Assembly: GCA_964595865.1 (NCBI GenBank)
Contig: CAZQRL010000006.1
Location: 71,738-135,737 of the forward strand
Origin: an uncultured Chthoniobacteraceae bacterium
GTDB taxonomy: Bacteria; Verrucomicrobiota; Verrucomicrobiia; Chthoniobacterales; DYNR01
Reading direction: 5' to 3'
DNA length: 64,000 nucleotides
The notes beneath the pieces were generated by a model. That model was not told the origin of the DNA and did not search any database. It was given only the letters and a program-made list of their open reading frames with translations. Position 1 is the first letter of the stretch; every line of letters starts with the position of its first letter. The translations under genes were made by a program, and so were the position numbers. Shown here one piece after another: positions 60,628 through 64,000 of the stretch.

Positions 60628-62607
60628 ATGACCGCCCAAGAGCAGCAAATCCTCTTTGAGCGGACCAAAGCACGCATCGAGGGAGCCGTGCGAGTCTTTA
60701 GCGAGCTCGCTCGCACCTGCCTGGACCCGGCGGTTTTCTTCCCGCGCTTTGTTGAAACGGTCGTGGAGTGTCTCTCCGCCCAGGGAGGTGCCCTCTGGTT
60801 GGAACGCCCAGGCCACCACCTGGAAAAAGTAGCGGCGCAAAACTTCGAGTCTTTGCTTTACTCGGATAACGATCGTCAGCGAAATTCCGTAGATGCGGTC
60901 TTGCGGCAGACCGTGCAGCACAAAAAATCTTGCATTGTTGCGGCAGGCGAACCCAGAGCGCCTTACCCGGCTCCGACCGAAGGCGAAGTCGTCAACCTGA
61001 CTCCCTCTCCCATCTTCTATGTGCCGGTTTTCACCGGCGACCGCGTAGCAGCAGTCCTGCAAGTCTGGCTGCGAGAAGCCGGAGATCCCAAAACCTACAG
61101 CGACATCTTGGCATTCATCGCCAATCTCTGCGGCCAAGCGGGGCAGTTTTTCCAAAACTACACCAAAGCCCTGCAAAGTCGGCAGAATGAGGAGTTGCAT
61201 CAGCTTTTGCGCATGCAGAGCTCGCTGCTTGGGCAACTCGATCCCAAGGAGGTGGCCCTGATTCTGGCGAACTACTCCAGCGACCTGCTGCCCGCGGACT
61301 TGGCCTGTGTCTTCCGTCGCCAAGGCCGGAAATACAAAATCTTCACCGCCTCCAACCAGGAAGTCGTGGATCTGCGCAGCCAGCAGGTCTTGGCCCTCAC
61401 CGCGTTGGTCAATTCTTTGCCTCCTTTCCCGCAAGACCAGGTGTTGCTCCTCTCGGCGGATGCTTCCGCTCCGGGTGCTGAGTCAAATCTTTCCCCGCTC
61501 TTTGGCACCGCCGGGGTAAAGCACTTGGTCGCCCGCCCGATCTTTCCCACCGCTCCTGGAAGCTCCCCTTCGCCACACCGGGACTTCCTCTTAGTCGCTT
61601 TCCGCAACGACGATCCACCCTTCGCTCCCACTGCCAAAGCCTCCATTACCCGCCTCACGGATGCCGCCGGCCGCAGCCTGGACGCGGCACACCACCATCA
61701 CCTTCTCCCGGCTCGGCCAGTCCTTTCCGCCCTCAGCCGGGCGCGCCAAGCGGTTCTTGCCGGGCGCGGACGCCCTCTTTTCCTCTGGATGAGCCTGGTT
61801 ATCATCCTCCTGCTGGCGGCCTTCCTTGCCCCTTATCCGCTGCGAATCACCGCCGAGTGCGAAGTGCGGCCTGCTTTGCTCACGCAGGCAGTGGCTCAGG
61901 CCCAGGGAAAAATCCTGGAGGTCCGGGCACGGGAAGGCGAATTCGTTGAAGCTGGGCAGGTGCTGGCGCGCTTAGACGATACGGATTACCGAACTCAGCT
62001 GGCCATTCTCGCCCAACAACAACAACGCTGGCAAATCGAAGCCGCTCGCGCCCAAACCATTGGCAACGAAGCGGAGCGCAAACTGGCCCAAATCAATGCC
62101 CAGCGCGAAGCCGAAGCCTACCGTCGGGTCGAGTATCTGCGTCAACGCACCCTCATCCGCGCCCCTAAGCCGGGCATCATCACCTCGAAAAACCTCGCCA
62201 ACCGTGAAGGACAGTTCATCGAAGTTGGTCAGCCTTTCGCCGAAATTGCCGACCGCGATCAATTCGAAGTCGTGTTGCGCATCAAGCAGGCCGACATTGG
62301 ACAGCTCCTGCGCGCCCTGCAAGACCAAGGCGAACTTCCCGTGCGCTTTGTGCTCCACTCTCACGCCACCCAAAGCGTGCGCACCACTCTGCACAACTCC
62401 GTGGAGATTAGCCAACTCCCACAAATCTACCACGGCCAAAGCTACTATCTTGCAGTCCTCACCTTTCCATCCGACAGCCCGTTGCACGAACTCCTCAAGC
62501 CCGGCTACACCGGCAAAGCCAAAATCCGCCTCGGCACCGCGAATTTCGCCTACGCGCTCACTCGGCCGTTTATCAACTTTCTACGGGTCGAATTTCAATG
62601 GTTCTAA
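60628..62607 (+). CDS. GAF-like domains fused to HlyD-type membrane fusion protein
   Basis: N-terminal GAF-like segments, TM near residue 390, QGKILEVRAREGEFVEAGQVLARLDD and IRAPKPGII lipoyl half-motifs. Confidence 0.8.
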   Translation: MTAQEQQILFERTKARIEGAVRVFSELARTCLDPAVFFPRFVETVVECLSAQGGALWLERPGHHLEKVAAQNFESLLYSDNDRQRNSVDAVLRQTVQHKKSCIVAAGEPRAPYPAPTEGEVVNLTPSPIFYVPVFTGDRVAAVLQVWLREAGDPKTYSDILAFIANLCGQAGQFFQNYTKALQSRQNEELHQLLRMQSSLLGQLDPKEVALILANYSSDLLPADLACVFRRQGRKYKIFTASNQEVVDLRSQQVLALTALVNSLPPFPQDQVLLLSADASAPGAESNLSPLFGTAGVKHLVARPIFPTAPGSSPSPHRDFLLVAFRNDDPPFAPTAKASITRLTDAAGRSLDAAHHHHLLPARPVLSALSRARQAVLAGRGRPLFLWMSLVIILLLAAFLAPYPLRITAECEVRPALLTQAVAQAQGKILEVRAREGEFVEAGQVLARLDDTDYRTQLAILAQQQQRWQIEAARAQTIGNEAERKLAQINAQREAEAYRRVEYLRQRTLIRAPKPGIITSKNLANREGQFIEVGQPFAEIADRDQFEVVLRIKQADIGQLLRALQDQGELPVRFVLHSHATQSVRTTLHNSVEISQLPQIYHGQSYYLAVLTFPSDSPLHELLKPGYTGKAKIRLGTANFAYALTRPFINFLRVEFQWF

Positions 62608-63380
62608 TCCGCCTGCTCCTCCTCACCGCGATCCTCGCACCCTCCGCTTTCAGCCAAACTGAGGGGACGGATTCAGCCTCCCCACCTCCCAGCAAAATTG
62701 AGGGGCTCCTCAAACCCTACCGGGAAGTCCGGCTTGCCAGTCGAGCCCAAGGAGTCATTGCCGCAGTGGTCGAAGAGGGCACCGAACTCAAAGAAGGCGA
62801 AGTCGCGCTGCGCCTCGAAGACACCATGGAACGCCTGCAGCTGGCTCAGCAAACCAAGGTGGTCGAAATGCGGGAATTCGAAAACGAAGCCAGCGCCGCT
62901 CTCGGCAAATCCGCCGCCATCTCCCGCATCGAGGCCATGGAAAAGACCATCAACCTCGAAGTCGCCAAAATCCTCCAAGGCCAAGCCCAGGAACTCCTCG
63001 ACCGACGCACGGTTCGCGCTCCCTTCGCGGGCGTGGTCACGGAACGCCTCCGCTCGGTCGGAGAAGCTGTGGACGAGTTCGTTCCAGTTCTCTCCTTGGT
63101 GCAGATTGATCAACTGGCTTTTGAAGCCTTTTTGCCGGCTGAATTTATTACACAAATCCATCCTGGAGATAAGATTGTGCTATATTTTCCGATTTTTTCT
63201 GGTAAATCCTTTGACGCCACCGTAGAGCGCGTATCTCCGGTCGTTAACCCGGCCAGTGCGGAATTCAAGGTGCGCCTAGTCATTCCGAACCCGGAGCGGC
63301 AGCTGCGCGCAGGACTCTCCGGCTATTTCTTTCTCAAGGCCCCCACCACCGCGACCGCAGGCTTACCCACCGCGCCATAG
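62598..63380 (+). CDS. Periplasmic adaptor (MFP) subunit
   Basis: Signal peptide; LASRAQGVI, VRAPFAGVV, VSPVVNPASAEFKVR, LRAGLSG. Confidence 0.85.
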   Translation: MVLIRLLLLTAILAPSAFSQTEGTDSASPPPSKIEGLLKPYREVRLASRAQGVIAAVVEEGTELKEGEVALRLEDTMERLQLAQQTKVVEMREFENEASAALGKSAAISRIEAMEKTINLEVAKILQGQAQELLDRRTVRAPFAGVVTERLRSVGEAVDEFVPVLSLVQIDQLAFEAFLPAEFITQIHPGDKIVLYFPIFSGKSFDATVERVSPVVNPASAEFKVRLVIPNPERQLRAGLSGYFFLKAPTTATAGLPTAP

Positions 63381-63411
63381 GGCCAATTCCGCCCGCACGA
63401 ATCCCTGCGCA

Positions 63412-64000
63412 ATGTCCGACGCAGCCTCCAGCTCCCCCCGCCCTTCCTCCCCTGCGGAGGATCCGGCCCGCCATGTCTTCCCTCCTCTCCGCAAGGATTT
63501 GGTCGAGGTCCGGCAAAAATACCTTGGTCGCACCTATGTTGTCCTGAAAAATCCGATTAGCTTGGCCTACTTTCGCCTCCAGGAGGCCCATTACGAGGCG
63601 GCTCAGCTATTCGATGGGCAAACATCCTCCCAAAAGTTGCTCGAGCGGCTTGCCCAGACTTCGCGTTATTGGCGAGCCCTAGCCCGGGAGCAGGCGCTGC
63701 AAGAGCTCACCGCTCTGGGGCGGCAACTCTCGATGGGGGGGCTTCTGCAAATCCGAGGCGGTTCCGCAGTCGCCCGGAGTGAGCATCTCAAAAAGCTCAA
63801 AAAATCCCGTTGGTTAGAGCTCGGCATCGGACAGGTGCTTTATTTCCGCAAGTCCTTGGTGGATCCGGACAAATTCCTCACCCGCATCACCCCTTTTTTC
63901 CGCCCCCTGTTCACCCGCACCTTCATCCTTCTCACAGGAGTGCTATTCGCGGCCACTCTTGTGGCCGTGCTCCGCCAAGGGGATCAGTTGGCGCACCAAG
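63412..64000 (+). CDS. N-terminus of an M50-peptidase-like / PqqD-like membrane protein (truncated by window edge; not in ORF track)
   Basis: Manual translation: PPLRKDLVEVRQKYLGRTYVVLKNPISLAYFRL...FDG...VLYFRKSLVDPDKFL...TM; no stop before the window end. Confidence 0.65.
   Translation, partial: MSDAASSSPRPSSPAEDPARHVFPPLRKDLVEVRQKYLGRTYVVLKNPISLAYFRLQEAHYEAAQLFDGQTSSQKLLERLAQTSRYWRALAREQALQELTALGRQLSMGGLLQIRGGSAVARSEHLKKLKKSRWLELGIGQVLYFRKSLVDPDKFLTRITPFFRPLFTRTFILLTGVLFAATLVAVLRQGDQLAHQ

Overview
Bacterial chromosomal window of roughly 60% GC. Gene content and protein style suggest Verrucomicrobiota, which is an inference. Most of it is housekeeping: phoH, recN, tRNA-Leu(TAA), pntAA/AB/B, corA, lpxB, lpxI, xerD, rpiB, pgi, valS, bioA, tpiA, ftsH, trpF, cysE, dnaG and rpoD. 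The notable accessory content is: (1) a LacI-flanked locus with a 2756-aa secreted protein joining GH13, GH57 and a glucanotransferase-like beta-sandwich, plus a 1142-aa GH13, both ending in the same candidate C-terminal sorting domain; (2) a 46-aa secreted peptide with three CxxCC repeats, its own terminator and a structured leader; (3) an apparent ECF sigma / transmembrane / anti-sigma-like fusion; (4) an orphan ketosynthase plus non-catalytic KS pair downstream of bioA; (5) a CxxC/pseudo-rhodanese, IscU-like, SufT Fe-S module; (6) a small toxin-antitoxin islet with one decayed pair; (7) the start of a DUF3467 / GAF-MFP / MFP / M50-like export cluster cut by the window end. There is also a dif-like site and an apparent G-to-C skew switch. 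I found no CRISPR array, rRNA, IS element or prophage. All family assignments come from motif recognition by eye, not database searches.
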